Origin: Candidatus Latescibacterota bacterium
GTDB lineage: Bacteria; Latescibacterota; UBA2968; UBA8231
Direction: 5' to 3'
NCBI GenBank assembly: GCA_965242865.1
Contig: CBDETK010000013.1
Coordinates: forward strand, 1,344,001-1,408,000
Length of the DNA stretch: 64,000 nucleotides
Made by a program: the position numbers and the translations under genes. Shown here one piece after another: positions 10,447-19,027 of the stretch. The notes under the pieces were generated by a model that saw only the letters and a list, made by a program, of their open reading frames with translations, was not told the DNA's origin and ran no database searches. Position 1 is the first letter of the stretch, and each line of letters opens with the position of its first letter.

Positions 10447-10478
10447 TACCAAATCTACAAGTGCGGAGTACGCAGCCG

Positions 10479-11234
10479 ATGGAACTAAAAATAACCGCCC
10501 AGCACCGCCAACAGTACGAGCGCGATGGCTATGCGATCGTCCGCGGCGGCTTTACCGCGGACGAGTGCGACCGCTTTGTCGCGTACATGATGGACCTCCA
10601 CGCCGGTCGCTTGAGCGTCGAGGGCTATCCCCCGCGCCAGCCGGACGATTGGAGCCGCCTCATCAGCCGCAGCCTGCACCATCCGGCCGGGCTCGCTTGG
10701 ATGCTCAGTCCGCGGCTGCGCCAGCCCTTGCGCACCTTCCTCGGCGCCGAGCCCGATGGCGTCCAGAGCATGTACTTTTACAAAGGCTCCGAGCAACGCC
10801 GGCACCAAGACGCCTTTTTCCTGCCGGGCTGCATAGCGGCTTGGGTCGCTCTCCAGCCAGTCAGTGCCCGCAACGGCAGCATTCACATTCAGGTGGGCTC
10901 CCACAAGGGGCCTCTCATAGAAAAGCGTCATTTCCGCCGCGCTGAAACCGGCGCGTTCGGCCCTTGGTATGGCTGGGATCAGGACGAGGCTTTTGACGCC
11001 CTTTTCGCGCGCAACGGGTTGCCGGAAATCGCCATTGAAGCGGCCAAAGGCGACATCGTGTTCTTCAACGGCCGCTTAATCCACCGCGGCGGCCCCATAC
11101 TAGACGGAGGGGCTTTCCGCCACAGTTGGGCCGGCCACTACATTCCCCGCTCCTACAATCCCTGGCCCTACGAAAGCCATCCCCGATTGCGCGTCTCCTT
11201 TGACGGCGTGTGCCGCTTTACGCCCACGCACTGA
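10479..11234 (+). CDS. PhyH family dioxygenase
   Basis: YERDGYAIV, QSMYFYKGSEQRRHQD, AAWVAL, VGSHKG, FFNGRLIHRG. Confidence 0.88.
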   Translation: MELKITAQHRQQYERDGYAIVRGGFTADECDRFVAYMMDLHAGRLSVEGYPPRQPDDWSRLISRSLHHPAGLAWMLSPRLRQPLRTFLGAEPDGVQSMYFYKGSEQRRHQDAFFLPGCIAAWVALQPVSARNGSIHIQVGSHKGPLIEKRHFRRAETGAFGPWYGWDQDEAFDALFARNGLPEIAIEAAKGDIVFFNGRLIHRGGPILDGGAFRHSWAGHYIPRSYNPWPYESHPRLRVSFDGVCRFTPTH

Positions 11235-11262
11235 GACCGCGGTTTGAGAGAGGAGGTTGACC

Positions 11263-12633
11263 ATGAAGCTATGGATGGATGTAATGCGCGATCTCGAAAG
11301 CGTGATGAACGATCACGAGCGCATCCTCGATGCTTGGGCCGAAGGCGGCGTCGACGGGGTCGTGTTCGGTCCCCTCGTTTTCGGCACGGCAAAACTGTCG
11401 CAACATGCCGTGGCCACTCCGAGCGGTGCCATCGTCGCGGAGGCGTACGATCCAAACCCGGCGGTGTACGCACGCCTCGGGGTTGAGCCGCCGCCCCCGC
11501 CGCAACAGAAGCTGCCCGAAAAAAGGGCCTTGCTAGCAAAGACCATGCACGCCGCCAAGGAGCGCGGCATGCAGGTTTACTGCATGTACGCCGATGGGGG
11601 CGCCGGTCCAGGCGGGACGGGCCACCACCTGCACGACGACGAGACGCTGGCGTCGCGGGTGGCGCGCATGGTCGACGCGCTAGAGCACTTCCCGATGGCG
11701 GACGGGGCCGTACTGGACGGGCCGGAGTGGGGGTACGAAATCGCCCCCCATCACATGAATCACCGCTCCTACTTCTTCCACGACCTGCCAGAATCTGTGG
11801 CGCCGATGGCCGAAGCGCTAGGGTACGACTACGAGGCCATGGTGGCCGCGAAAGACCGGCTCGCGTCCCGGTTGCACAACCTCGACCCGGCGCACATCCG
11901 CGCACACGCCGGCGGCGGCCTCGTCGGCTCCTACCGCATGCTCGGCGCCGATCCCGACTTGATGGCTTGGCTGTCGTTTCGGGTCGACTCCCTGACTCGC
12001 TACTTTCGCCGCATCCGCGCCGGCGTGGCCGCGGAGTTGGCGCGTCCGGTGCGCCTCGGCTGCGGCCCGCGCTCGGCCGCCTTCGCTCCCTTGTGTGGGT
12101 ACGACTTCGTCGATCTAGCCCAGTTCATGGATTTTCTGCTGCCAAAGCACTACTTCTTTCACCGCGGCTTCGATGGCTTCCTCGGCACGGTCTATCGCTA
12201 TGCGCAGACGCTCTTGGAGTGGAATGCGGGGATCAGCGTGGCCGACACCCTGCACGTCGTGGAAGCGCTCTTCGGCATCGTCCTACCGGGCGTGGGCGAC
12301 GACCTGCTCGATTTCGAGGGGGCCCTCAATCCTGAGTTTTTCGAGCAGGTGGTAACACAGGAGACGCGACGAGCGCTGGCCTCGGTCGACGACCCGGAGC
12401 GCATCGTGCCTTGGCTCGACACCGGCCGCTTTCCCCACGACGGCGACCCCATGTCGGCCCGCGACCTCAAGATGTTGCTCGACGCCGCAGAGGCCGCAGG
12501 GCTGAGGCGCTTTAACTACCACCATCAAGGGAACCTCAGCCCCGGGGAATGGACGGTCATCAGCGACAAATGCGGAACCCGCTGGGACCCGCGCAAGAGC
12601 GACTACGAGCCGCCGGACGAACTGGTGTTGTAG
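11263..12633 (+). CDS. Hypothetical protein, possible glycoside-hydrolase-like TIM barrel
   Basis: Strong AGGAGG RBS and a long ORF with host-like codon use. DGAVLDGPEWGY and FLLPKHY motifs; the fold is inferred only. Confidence 0.6.
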   Translation: MKLWMDVMRDLESVMNDHERILDAWAEGGVDGVVFGPLVFGTAKLSQHAVATPSGAIVAEAYDPNPAVYARLGVEPPPPPQQKLPEKRALLAKTMHAAKERGMQVYCMYADGGAGPGGTGHHLHDDETLASRVARMVDALEHFPMADGAVLDGPEWGYEIAPHHMNHRSYFFHDLPESVAPMAEALGYDYEAMVAAKDRLASRLHNLDPAHIRAHAGGGLVGSYRMLGADPDLMAWLSFRVDSLTRYFRRIRAGVAAELARPVRLGCGPRSAAFAPLCGYDFVDLAQFMDFLLPKHYFFHRGFDGFLGTVYRYAQTLLEWNAGISVADTLHVVEALFGIVLPGVGDDLLDFEGALNPEFFEQVVTQETRRALASVDDPERIVPWLDTGRFPHDGDPMSARDLKMLLDAAEAAGLRRFNYHHQGNLSPGEWTVISDKCGTRWDPRKSDYEPPDELVL

Positions 12634-12752
12634 AACAGGGCCGCTCCACGACAGTACCGGCCCGCTTTCCCGGGATCGAGGGCATCTTGCCCTCGATCCC
12701 AGAGGCAGCGACAACCGCAGAAAAGGCGGACGTAACGCAGGGCCGCTCTACT
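12630..12752 (-). repeat. REP/MITE-like element, copy 1
   Basis: Core palindrome GGGATCGAGGGC-ATCTT-GCCCTCGATCCC. The reverse complement aligns with the 16628 and 43879 copies. Flanked by direct repeat CAGGGCCGCTC. Confidence 0.75.
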
Positions 12753-12762
12753 CCTCCCGAGA

Positions 12763-14712
12763 TCACAAGTAGCCCAAGACATTCCCCGTCATCCCTGTGA
12801 AGTAGTCGATTACCAGCCACATACCTGCTACCACTACTTGGCCTAGGATCAACCCTAAAAAGAAAGGCCGCGTCCGGCGGTAGGCCGCGGAGCCGCCGTA
12901 CTTGAGCACGATCGTCTTGACCAGCCAAGCCAAAAAGATGCTAAACCACACCCAGTTCATGATGTAGAACGTGCCGGTGGCGAATCCCAAAGGATGGATC
13001 GGCCACCACACAAAGCGGTAGCGAATATAGGTGAACAGACTCATCAAGAAGGCCCCCAGCCCCGTGAAGGCCCAGCCCGCTAGGCTGGCCGGTACGGGGC
13101 TGTCGAACTTGGGGGCCACATAGGTGAAAGCCATCTGCGGAACGAAGATGAAGAAGAAATTGTGCAGGTTGATGCCGCCGTGAGCATACGCCATTTCCAT
13201 AACCAGATAGATGGAACTGGCCAAGGTGAGGACAATGGCCAGCAATACAGCCCAGAGCAGCCCCCTTTTGCTGCCTTTTATCTCTTCGGCCAATTTGAGG
13301 GCATTGGCGAAGCAAGCCATGAAGAAAATGCGCACATTGGCACTCCATACGTACGTGAAGGCCACGCCGATCAAGCCGGAGGCCCCCAAGGCGGTCGTCC
13401 CCAGGCCGGAAATGGTGAAATCAGCCGGAGTAATGGGCGTCCGCAGCACCGAAACCCCTCCTTCGACCACGGCCCGGGTAAGCGCGATGAGGACGACAGC
13501 TACCCCGAAGAGAAACACCAAGACGATCCACAGCGGGATGCCCGACTTCCACAGCCACCCGATCATCACCGCTAGGCCTATCACCAAGCCCAATACGGCC
13601 CGGCGGTAGGACAGTATCTCCGCGGAATCGTCGATGCGAGCATCCCCGCGCAACGCCTTGGTGAAGACCGCGCGCAAATGCCCGCGCCCCAGCCACAGCC
13701 CGGCGAGCACCAGCACGATCATGGCCCCCATGGCTTGGTGGGCCATATGCGGCCCGACTAGGTTGGCAAAACGGCTCAGGTTTTCCGCACTGTAGATGCC
13801 CAGCACATTGAAAACTCCCCGTTGTAGAGAGGATAGCAAAAAGAAAAACCAGAACCCCAAGGCAACATCCCGGCTCAATAAGTACGCAAAGCCGATCAGC
13901 GCTAGGTTCATATCTAGGCGAAGATACGTAGTGCCGCGAAAGAGGTGGAAGTCGGTCGAGGTGGTGATGCGGGGCACGAATTCGTAGTAGCTATGCAGGG
14001 CATTGACATGGCCGATGAGGAAGGGGATGATAAACCCCAGCCACATCGCCGTATTATAAAAAAAGGGGGCTAGAAGCCTTGGTCTCCCATCGTCCTGAAT
14101 CATCTCTAGGGGAACTTGGGCCAAGGGATAAAGCAGTTTTTCGCTTTCCATCCACTGGCGGCGCACGATGACCATGGCGCAGATGGATACCCAGTAAAAG
14201 GCGAGGATGAACAGGCACCAGTAGGCCAAGGGCTCAAACCAAGCCCCCCAAGGCAGCGGCCGCCCCTCGGGTAGCCCTTCGTAGAAATAGCGAATGGCGT
14301 CGGGATCCCGGGGGACCATCCACTCGGGCACATGCGGGTGAATCAAGGATGCCCAGTTGTTTTCCGGGGTGGCAAAGTAGTACAGCCCCGTGATGATGGG
14401 CAGGACGTATTCGGTAAAGCCGATTGTGGGGATGGACGTAGCCACCATCGCCATGATATAGACCACGGCCAATTCCCCGCGGGACAGGGCCAAGCCCCGG
14501 TGAAACAGGTGCAACAGCGGATTGAGGACGAGGACGAGGACGAAGAAGATGAACAGGGCGACCGGCGTGCTGAAGTTGTGTGCCAGTACCGTCCCCTTGA
14601 TGACCATATTGGAATAGGGTACAGCAATGCCGATGAAGACCGAGGCTCCGCCGCCGATTAGCAGGGCTTTGAAGGTGACGCCGCGGCCCGAGTTTTTCGC
14701 CTCAGTTGCCAT
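12763..14712 (-). CDS. DUF6785/DUF6784 polytopic membrane protein, putative transporter
   Basis: Many TM segments; YFATPENNW, RRQWMESEKLLYPL, WWPIHPLGF, LKYGG...RPFFLGLILG. The start could lie up to 14751. Confidence 0.8.
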   Translation of the reverse strand: MATEAKNSGRGVTFKALLIGGGASVFIGIAVPYSNMVIKGTVLAHNFSTPVALFIFFVLVLVLNPLLHLFHRGLALSRGELAVVYIMAMVATSIPTIGFTEYVLPIITGLYYFATPENNWASLIHPHVPEWMVPRDPDAIRYFYEGLPEGRPLPWGAWFEPLAYWCLFILAFYWVSICAMVIVRRQWMESEKLLYPLAQVPLEMIQDDGRPRLLAPFFYNTAMWLGFIIPFLIGHVNALHSYYEFVPRITTSTDFHLFRGTTYLRLDMNLALIGFAYLLSRDVALGFWFFFLLSSLQRGVFNVLGIYSAENLSRFANLVGPHMAHQAMGAMIVLVLAGLWLGRGHLRAVFTKALRGDARIDDSAEILSYRRAVLGLVIGLAVMIGWLWKSGIPLWIVLVFLFGVAVVLIALTRAVVEGGVSVLRTPITPADFTISGLGTTALGASGLIGVAFTYVWSANVRIFFMACFANALKLAEEIKGSKRGLLWAVLLAIVLTLASSIYLVMEMAYAHGGINLHNFFFIFVPQMAFTYVAPKFDSPVPASLAGWAFTGLGAFLMSLFTYIRYRFVWWPIHPLGFATGTFYIMNWVWFSIFLAWLVKTIVLKYGGSAAYRRTRPFFLGLILGQVVVAGMWLVIDYFTGMTGNVLGYL

Positions 14713-14819
14713 GTACCAGTCCGTTCCGGTTCCGGTTCCGGCCATCGGCACTGGGCTGGGCTGGTCGCCGGCGAGAGCAAGCAGCCAAAAACCGCCTCAG
14801 CGCCCGATCGGCCGCCTAG

Positions 14820-16202
14820 TTAGTCGGCGTAGTAATAGCCGTAGAGAATCATCATTTCATCGGCGCGCGTGAACCCGAAGTTGAGATTCCGCTCGGTGTC
14901 GTTGTCGTAGGTCGCCCTGATCCTAAAGCCTTCGCCTGCTTTGAGCGCGAGCGGCGGATCGAATCTGAGCGGGGCCGGGTGTTCCCATTCGTAGCAGATG
15001 TAAACCAATTCCCCGTCCCGAGGCCCACCGATGAGTTCGGCGGTGAATTCCTCCATGCGGTCGTGGGTGTGGGAAACGAGTTGGAAGATGTGCCGGTCCT
15101 CCTTAAAAATGAACTCTTTTGCTAGGGAAGTGACTTGGCCAGCGGGCAGGTCGATATCGAAGTTGCTCAGCGCGAAGACCTCGGCTACTCGTTTCACTTT
15201 CGCGGGCTCAACGAGATGCAGGTTGACGAACACTTCGCCTATCACGACCTGATCGGTGGTGTTGGCATAGTGGGAGTTCATATCGAGGCCCGTTCCAGCG
15301 GGCAGGCGCATGGCCACGCCGGGCGGCAAGCTGAAGTCGAGGCGCGGCGATTGGGCAATTGCGATGGGGATCTGGTACTGCATGACCCGCCAGTCGAACA
15401 AATCGTACCCGTCAGCGTCTTGGTACTTGCCGGTCGCGTCGCGCAGGTCGCGATAGACCTCCGGCTGGGGCACCACATCGGCCGGTGTGTAAGCGGGAAA
15501 CTGGTTGAGAATGAAGTGGTGGCTCCCCGACCGCATGGACAGTTCAAAGCGGTTGACAAAGAGATCTTCAGCGTGGTCCAGGGGCTGGTAAAAATAGACC
15601 TCGCGCTCGTACTGGGGTGCGACCTCAAAGGGGCCTAAGTGGAGTTGGATGCCGCCGCTCGGCGGATGGAGCGGCGCGAACTCCGGTACTGCATAGCGCG
15701 TTTCGTCCTGCAGCAGGGCCCAGTCGGCTACCACTCCTTCTTCGGGAGCTCCAGCGCGGATCCACTGGCGTATGAACTCCAGTTGGCCGTTGGTCAGCGG
15801 CGGACGCCCCAGCGGCATCTGCGCGCCGTAGTTGGGATGATCCGCGTAGAAGTGCTCTTGGTCGGGCGCGTTGATTTTTTCCCAAAGGTAGCTCTTGAAA
15901 AGACCCGCAAGTCCCCCATTGCTCAGCAAGACCAAGCCGTCTTGGGCGGCCGCAGCATTGCGCGGTACACTGTTGAGCAATTGGCTATACGCCAAATCTG
16001 GCGTCAGCACCAAGCCGGACTGGCGGGCAAAGGCGGTGCCGGCGCTGTGGCAGCTAACGCAGTTGGAGGCGAAGATGTCGTGCTGAATAGCATCCCAAGT
16101 CGATAATTCTCGGGGCTCTACCGACCGGCCGGAATCGCACCCGCTCAGCAGCCAACCCGCCGCGCCGAGCAAGGCACTTGGTACAAAGCCAATTCGCCGC
16201 AT
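14820..16202 (-). CDS. Lipoprotein: c-type cytochrome domain plus copper type II (PHM/DBH-like) monooxygenase domains
   Basis: Lipobox LLSGC, CxxCH (CVSCH), Cu-ligand-like SHHFIL, NSHY, SHTH and DEMM. GGAGG RBS. Confidence 0.7.
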   Translation of the reverse strand: MRRIGFVPSALLGAAGWLLSGCDSGRSVEPRELSTWDAIQHDIFASNCVSCHSAGTAFARQSGLVLTPDLAYSQLLNSVPRNAAAAQDGLVLLSNGGLAGLFKSYLWEKINAPDQEHFYADHPNYGAQMPLGRPPLTNGQLEFIRQWIRAGAPEEGVVADWALLQDETRYAVPEFAPLHPPSGGIQLHLGPFEVAPQYEREVYFYQPLDHAEDLFVNRFELSMRSGSHHFILNQFPAYTPADVVPQPEVYRDLRDATGKYQDADGYDLFDWRVMQYQIPIAIAQSPRLDFSLPPGVAMRLPAGTGLDMNSHYANTTDQVVIGEVFVNLHLVEPAKVKRVAEVFALSNFDIDLPAGQVTSLAKEFIFKEDRHIFQLVSHTHDRMEEFTAELIGGPRDGELVYICYEWEHPAPLRFDPPLALKAGEGFRIRATYDNDTERNLNFGFTRADEMMILYGYYYAD

Positions 16203-16250
16203 ATTTATCCTCCACAATCGCCAACTTACGTCTGTTCACCTACTATATTT

Positions 16251-16279
16251 CTGATACCACCATTTTGGGAGATTGTCAA
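16251..16279 (-). promoter_or_regulatory. Putative sigma70 promoter for the monooxygenase gene
   Basis: TTGACA-N17-TATCAG with a TG extension, on the minus strand. Confidence 0.4.
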
Positions 16280-16318
16280 GTTTTCTAACATCGAGTGCTC
16301 TGAGTGTTCTGCAATGTT

Positions 16319-16627
16319 ATGGCTGACTTATTCCGTTCATTGATCTGGGTCCTCCCTCTATGGGCTGGTTTTACGGCCGGACCGGCCGCCGGATTGGTCA
16401 TATACCGATTGGGCGGCGCGGCCCTAGAGCCACCTTTAGAAGCGGATCGCGCAGGAGTGGAATTCATCCAGTTGGACTAGACGGTGCTCGACCCTTCCCT
16501 CGGCGGAAAAGCCATTGATTTGGATATAGACCCCGCCGCGATCCGGCCTCCCAAACTGTACCAAGTCGCCGTCGAAGCCAACCACCAAGCGATCGAGGCG
16601 ATAAAACCAATACAGGTCGCCTATTAA
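16319..16627 (+). pseudogene. Internally deleted paralog of the 26745-28649 gene
   Basis: MADLFRSLIW...AAGLVIYRLGGAALEPP...VEFIQLD*TVLDPSLGGKAIDLDID...PK is joined in frame to LYQVAVEANHQAIEAIKPIQVAY*. TAG at 16478 stands where the paralog has Trp. Confidence 0.85.
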
Positions 16628-16722
16628 GGGGACCCTTCTAAGTACGCGACCCTTGCTTTGCGAACGCATTTTCTGCCGTTCCCACTGCGTCTGGGATCGA
16701 GGGCGTCCCGCCCTCGACGAGG
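16628..16722 (+). repeat. REP/MITE-like element, copy 2 (3'-truncated)
   Basis: AGTACGCGACCCTT...TTTTCTG...TGCGTCTGGGATCGAGGGCGTCCCGCCCTCGACGAGG is colinear with 43882-43977. Confidence 0.75.
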
Positions 16723-16744
16723 CAGCAATCCTACATCATTCAAG

Positions 16745-16798
16745 CTGGATTCCCGCCCCGTGTCGGAGCACGGGGTGACGTTCTGTTGTGGGAATGAC
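16745..16798 (+). repeat. Second REP-type nested palindrome (GGATTCCCGC...GGGAATGAC class)
   Basis: ATTCCC...GGGAAT arms enclose the hairpin CCCCGTG-TCGGAG-CACGGGG. Confidence 0.55.
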
Positions 16799-16880
16799 GC
16801 CCCTATGCAAAAAACAGGGCCGATGAACATACCATGCTTTCAAGTCATTTAGGACCGCTATGTCCCGCGGATCCGGGCTC

Positions 16881-18914
16881 TTAAAACTCTTCAGGCGATG
16901 TCCCCTCCCGACGTAGCCGCTCGGCGGTTTCAAAGGCGGTCTGGGCCAATTCTCGTCGCCCGGTGTGCATATAGAGCATGCCTAGATTGTAGTGGGCAAC
17001 GGCCACATCGGGTTCGAGCTGCAGGGCTTGGCGCAACGCCTCTTCGGCGCGGGATAGCTCGCCGCGCCGCAGGTACAAGGCACCAAGGTTGCGGTAGGCC
17101 GCGGCAAATTCCGGAGCTATCTCTATGGTCTGTCGCAAGTGCCGGATCTGCTCGGCCTCGGCCCCTAGATGGTGGCAGGCATTAGCCAAGGCGTAGAACC
17201 CTTCGGCTCGTTGCTCCGCTTCTAGTGCTGTGGAGAACGCACCATAAGCCCGCAGATAGTCCCGCTGGTCTAGGTGGAGATACCCTAGGTAGTAATGACC
17301 CTCGTATTGAATGGCGGGACGCGGGTCGTTGGCGAGTGCCGTCAAGAGGAGGGACCGGGCTTCCGCGAAGCGCTGCTCCCCGCGGAGCAGATTGCCCAGA
17401 TTGAGCCGAGCCCGGGTGTGATCTGCGGCCAGAGCAAGGGCTTGGCGATACGCCGTCTCCGCTTCACGAGGCCGCCTCTGCGCCTCGTAAACCGCGCCCA
17501 GACTGCCATAGACATCTGCATCGTCAGGGACGACTTGAAGGGCTTGCAAATAGGCCGCCTCAGCGTCGGCGTATGCTTGGTTGCGTGTATGGGCCTGCCC
17601 ATAGAGCCAAGCCGAGCGCAGATGATCCACCTGTGCGGGGTCAATTCCGGTGTGTCCCAGTGCCAACGCCGCCCCCAGCACCAGCACCAAAGCCGCACTG
17701 CGCCTCCACTGGTGCCCCTTTAGACTGAGCACCCCTTGACGGATCGCTTCGGCGGCGAAAATCATCAGAAAAGGCACCGCGGGAAGTCGATAGCGGGCGC
17801 ATACCGTGAAGAGCAGGCCCGCGACCAAGTAGGATAGGCCAAAACCGTAGAGCAAGCCGTACTGACGCCAGCGGCGTCCGTTCCACGCTAGGCCCACTAA
17901 GGCTAGGGACGCGACCATGCCAAAACCGAAAACATTCAGGCGACTCAGGTGGGAATGGGTCTCGTAAAAGTGGATGTCAACGCTCACTGGAATTTCAAAG
18001 GCGTGCCAAAACAGTCTGAATTTGCGGTAGAGCAGGTAGAGATAGGAACGCGGTTGATCGACAATGAAGCCGAGGCCCTCAATCAGATAGAACCGGCCTC
18101 GGTCGGCTGGCGATGCGGCCATCCCGGCTTGGTAGGGCACTATTTCGAGGCGTTGCCAGTCCAGCCCTTGGCGGGCATACGGAGTGCCGTCGGCTGCTGG
18201 GTTGTTGCCCAGGTAAAAGCTCCAAGCCCCTTGGAAGGGGAGCGGCGTACCTTGGACGAGGCTGTTGTGGACCAAGAAGGGCGTCAGGATGGCACAAAGC
18301 CCCAAGCAGAAGGACACCATCAATCTGTACCGAGTCCGATGGTAGAGCCACCACAGGGCCACCGGCACCAGCAGCAGGGTATTGCTGCGCGTCGCCACTA
18401 GCAGGCCCAGTAGCACTCCGGCCCCGGCGGCCGCCCCAGAGCTAGACTGATCGGTGCAGCGCACCAGTTGGACGACCAAAAGCAGCTCGATAAAGATGGT
18501 CAGGGTGGTGGCCAGCAGTTCGCCATTGTAGAGGATAAAGGGCCAGTATCCAACGGCCATCAGGCCGGTTAGCAAGGGCGTCGGAGCGGGGAAAAAGCGC
18601 CGAGCAATAGCGTAGAGGAGGACGCAGGAGAAAGCCCCGAGGACAGCTTGGAATAAGCGCGTGGCCCCGAGGCCGGCCCCGCCCAGTTTGAGCAGGGCCA
18701 ACAGCACTGGATAGAGGGGACCGTGGACGTAAGTGCGCTGAGTCGCGGTCCACCAGTCGCCATTGAGCAGGGCCTGCGCCAAATAATAGTACTCCTCGGC
18801 GTCGAGGAGCAGGGTGTGAAAGTAGAGTGTATCGCGGATTTCTGCTAGGTACGCCAAGCGCAGAATCAGGGCCGAGAGGAACAGGGCGACGGCATGGCGC
18901 TTGTTTATGTACAT
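16881..18914 (-). CDS. GT-C (ArnT/PMT-like) glycosyltransferase with C-terminal TPRs
   Basis: LRLAYL...LLDAEEY, HGPLYP, FYLGNNP, ARYRLPAVP, then TPR helices. Paralog of 56929-59151. Confidence 0.8.
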   Translation of the reverse strand: MYINKRHAVALFLSALILRLAYLAEIRDTLYFHTLLLDAEEYYYLAQALLNGDWWTATQRTYVHGPLYPVLLALLKLGGAGLGATRLFQAVLGAFSCVLLYAIARRFFPAPTPLLTGLMAVGYWPFILYNGELLATTLTIFIELLLVVQLVRCTDQSSSGAAAGAGVLLGLLVATRSNTLLLVPVALWWLYHRTRYRLMVSFCLGLCAILTPFLVHNSLVQGTPLPFQGAWSFYLGNNPAADGTPYARQGLDWQRLEIVPYQAGMAASPADRGRFYLIEGLGFIVDQPRSYLYLLYRKFRLFWHAFEIPVSVDIHFYETHSHLSRLNVFGFGMVASLALVGLAWNGRRWRQYGLLYGFGLSYLVAGLLFTVCARYRLPAVPFLMIFAAEAIRQGVLSLKGHQWRRSAALVLVLGAALALGHTGIDPAQVDHLRSAWLYGQAHTRNQAYADAEAAYLQALQVVPDDADVYGSLGAVYEAQRRPREAETAYRQALALAADHTRARLNLGNLLRGEQRFAEARSLLLTALANDPRPAIQYEGHYYLGYLHLDQRDYLRAYGAFSTALEAEQRAEGFYALANACHHLGAEAEQIRHLRQTIEIAPEFAAAYRNLGALYLRRGELSRAEEALRQALQLEPDVAVAHYNLGMLYMHTGRRELAQTAFETAERLRREGTSPEEF

Positions 18915-19027
18915 GGGCAAGTGCCAGTCTTTCGACAACGGCAAAAAAGTTAGCTTTATTGGGGATTGATTTTACCTCTAAAACAATACCTTAATATGCG
19001 GCCCTAGCGGCGTTGGAGGAAAACGGT

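Noticed and set aside
14720-14742. CCGGTT short tandem repeat as a phase-variable switch
   Set aside because: Only about three 6-nt units, frame-preserving, and possibly outside the CDS.
16478-16480. TAG read-through or recoding
   Set aside because: TAG terminates many intact genes here (e.g. 33721, directly followed by ATG). A single TGG-to-TAG change in a pseudogene is simpler.
16555-16631. Possible DGR template repeat for the 28578-28652 C-terminus
   Set aside because: Only 3 of 6 mismatches are at adenines of the putative template, there is no reverse transcriptase in the window, and the homology is part of a longer deleted paralog.
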